Position numbers and translations under genes: made by a program | Source of the DNA: Candidatus Iainarchaeum sp. | GTDB taxonomy: Archaea; Iainarchaeota; Iainarchaeia; Iainarchaeales; DTGL01 | DNA length: 5,609 nucleotides | Direction of reading: 5' to 3' | Assembly (NCBI GenBank): GCA_038736825.1 | Contig: JAVYME010000048.1 | Location: forward strand, 1 to 5,609 | Notes under the pieces: generated by a model | What the model was told of the DNA's origin: nothing | The model's database searches: none | What the model saw: the letters and a program-made list of their open reading frames with translations, nothing else | Shown: positions 4,664-5,609 of the stretch, piece by piece | How positions within the stretch are numbered: the stretch's first letter is position 1 | Layout of the letters: every line of letters begins with the position of its first letter

Positions 4664-5609
4664 ACATTTTTTTTAATTCACTGCAAACAAAATCTATTTC
4701 TTCACTTTTAAGGCTTGCTCCAGAAGGCAAAGTAAGGCCGTGCAAGTGCAAATGCCTGCTTACAGGAAATTTTTCTTTGGTTTTGTAAAAAGGAAGCTCT
4801 GAGAGTGGTGTGAAAAAAGGCCTTGTTTCAATTCCTTTGGCTTTTAGGGCTTTTGCCACTTGGGCGGCTGGTTTGAATGGTTTTTCCAGGGTAATGCTGA
4901 AAAACCACCATGAACTGTCAGCACCCCTTGGAATTTCTTGGAATGAAATTCCTTTAAGCCCTGAAAGAAGGTCCAAGTAATGCTTTGCTATTTCCCGCTT
5001 TCTTTTCAAAAGCCTGTCAATTCCCTCTAGTTGCGCCAGCCCGAAAGCCGCTTGAAGGTTTGTAAAGCGAAAATTGTAACCCAAAACATCGTGGTAGAAT
5101 TTGCGGGTTTTGCTTTTTCCCTGGTCTTTCAAAATGTTTACTCTTTCAATGAATTTTTTGTTATTGCTTAAAACCATTCCGCCTTCGCCAGTGGTGATGA
5201 GTTTGTTTCCATAAAAAGAAAAAATTGAGGCATTTCCAAGCGCACCGCATTTTTTTCCAAAGTATTCTGCTCCATGGGCTTCTGCAGCGTCCTCTAAAAC
5301 AAATAGGGAGTGCTCTTTTGCTATTTTATTGATTTCTTTCATTTTTGCAGGGCAGCCATACAAGTGAACTGGAATAATGGCTTTTGTTTTTGGTGTTATT
5401 TTTTGTTCAATTTTTTTTACATCAATGTTCCAAGAGGTTTCTTCAACATCAACAAAAACAGGTTTTGCCCCGCAAAAAACAACAGCGTTTGCAGTGGAAA
5501 CAAAAGTCAGGTTTGGCACAATCACTTCATCGCCTTCTCCAATGCCTGCTGCCAAAAGAGCAACATGCAATGCAGCAGTGCCATTAGCAATACTGCTTGC
5601 ATATTTTAC
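4662..5609 (-). CDS. DegT/DnrJ/EryC1/StrS-family PLP-dependent nucleotide-sugar aminotransferase (partial; N-terminus beyond the right edge)
   Basis: The track start at 5570 is a TTG read as Met. The frame stays open to the window edge and reads VKYASSIANGTAALHVALLAAGIGEGDEVIVPNLTF, the canonical family N-terminal region, so the gene is truncated by the window. Other motifs are EDAAEAHGAEYFGK, the PLP-lysine motif SFYGNKLITTGEGG (Lys codon 5202..5204), GYNFRFTNLQAAFGLAQLE and ETRPFF. The position aminated (C3 or C4) and the sugar cannot be told from sequence. Confidence 0.92.
   Translation of the reverse strand, partial: VKYASSIANGTAALHVALLAAGIGEGDEVIVPNLTFVSTANAVVFCGAKPVFVDVEETSWNIDVKKIEQKITPKTKAIIPVHLYGCPAKMKEINKIAKEHSLFVLEDAAEAHGAEYFGKKCGALGNASIFSFYGNKLITTGEGGMVLSNNKKFIERVNILKDQGKSKTRKFYHDVLGYNFRFTNLQAAFGLAQLEGIDRLLKRKREIAKHYLDLLSGLKGISFQEIPRGADSSWWFFSITLEKPFKPAAQVAKALKAKGIETRPFFTPLSELPFYKTKEKFPVSRHLHLHGLTLPSGASLKSEEIDFVCSELKKM

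Noticed and set aside
4146-4711. Plus-strand ORFs 4146..4376, 4364..4711 and 4392..4655
   Set aside because: They are antisense to the GT2 catalytic domain, which carries the DDGSTD and DAD motifs on the minus strand. They contain no motifs of their own.
5384-5587. Plus-strand ORF 5384..5587 (67 aa, Gln-rich)
   Set aside because: It is antisense to the conserved N-terminal region of the DegT-family aminotransferase and has low-complexity composition.
1-5609. tRNA, rRNA, CRISPR arrays, transposase or integrase genes, terminal inverted repeats
   Set aside because: No GC-rich cloverleaf-like segment or T-loop consensus is present, and there are no regularly spaced direct repeats of 24 nt or more. 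No recombinase-like ORFs exist; nearly all of the window is accounted for by six glycan-pathway CDSs.

Overview
AT-rich window (judged by eye, not computed) made up almost entirely of a cell-envelope glycan / amino-sugar gene cluster. No rRNA, tRNA, CRISPR or mobile-element signal was seen. The plus strand carries three same-direction genes. The first (277..1611) is an MprF-flippase-like (LPG_synthase_TM/UPF0104) polytopic membrane domain fused in frame to a minimal GNAT acyltransferase. It is followed by an extended-SDR NAD-dependent epimerase/dehydratase (1681..2619) and a GT4 glycosyltransferase (2638..3735). The minus strand carries a DegT/DnrJ/EryC1/StrS-family PLP sugar aminotransferase (4662..5609, N-terminus off the right edge). 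Ten nt downstream of it is a GT2 polyprenyl-phosphate sugar transferase of the ArnC/GtrB/DPM1 type with a C-terminal two-helix membrane anchor (3725..4651). The two gene arrays converge and their 3' ends overlap by 11 nt. An ORF missing from the supplied track sits at the far left: the minus strand of 1..163 is open to the window edge. It encodes a basic N-terminus, one TM helix and a DE-x-x-Y loop motif typical of ArnT/PMT-type GT-C glycosyltransferases. Together these genes resemble an Arn-like or Gtr-like lipid-carrier pathway: NDP-sugar modification, transamination, loading on polyprenyl-phosphate, flipping, then extracytoplasmic transfer. The canonical small flippase and the formyl-protection enzymes are not seen; the flippase-like/GNAT fusion is the candidate replacement, and this is the main novelty hypothesis. 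Start-signal layout fits an archaeon: TTTAAA boxes lie about 26 nt upstream of the first ATG of both divergent genes, internal genes have Shine-Dalgarno motifs, and oligo-T tracts rather than hairpin terminators follow the stops. A small-genome, DPANN-like archaeon is a possibility, but a CPR-type bacterium cannot be excluded from sequence alone. All family calls come from motif recognition by eye; no database search was run.
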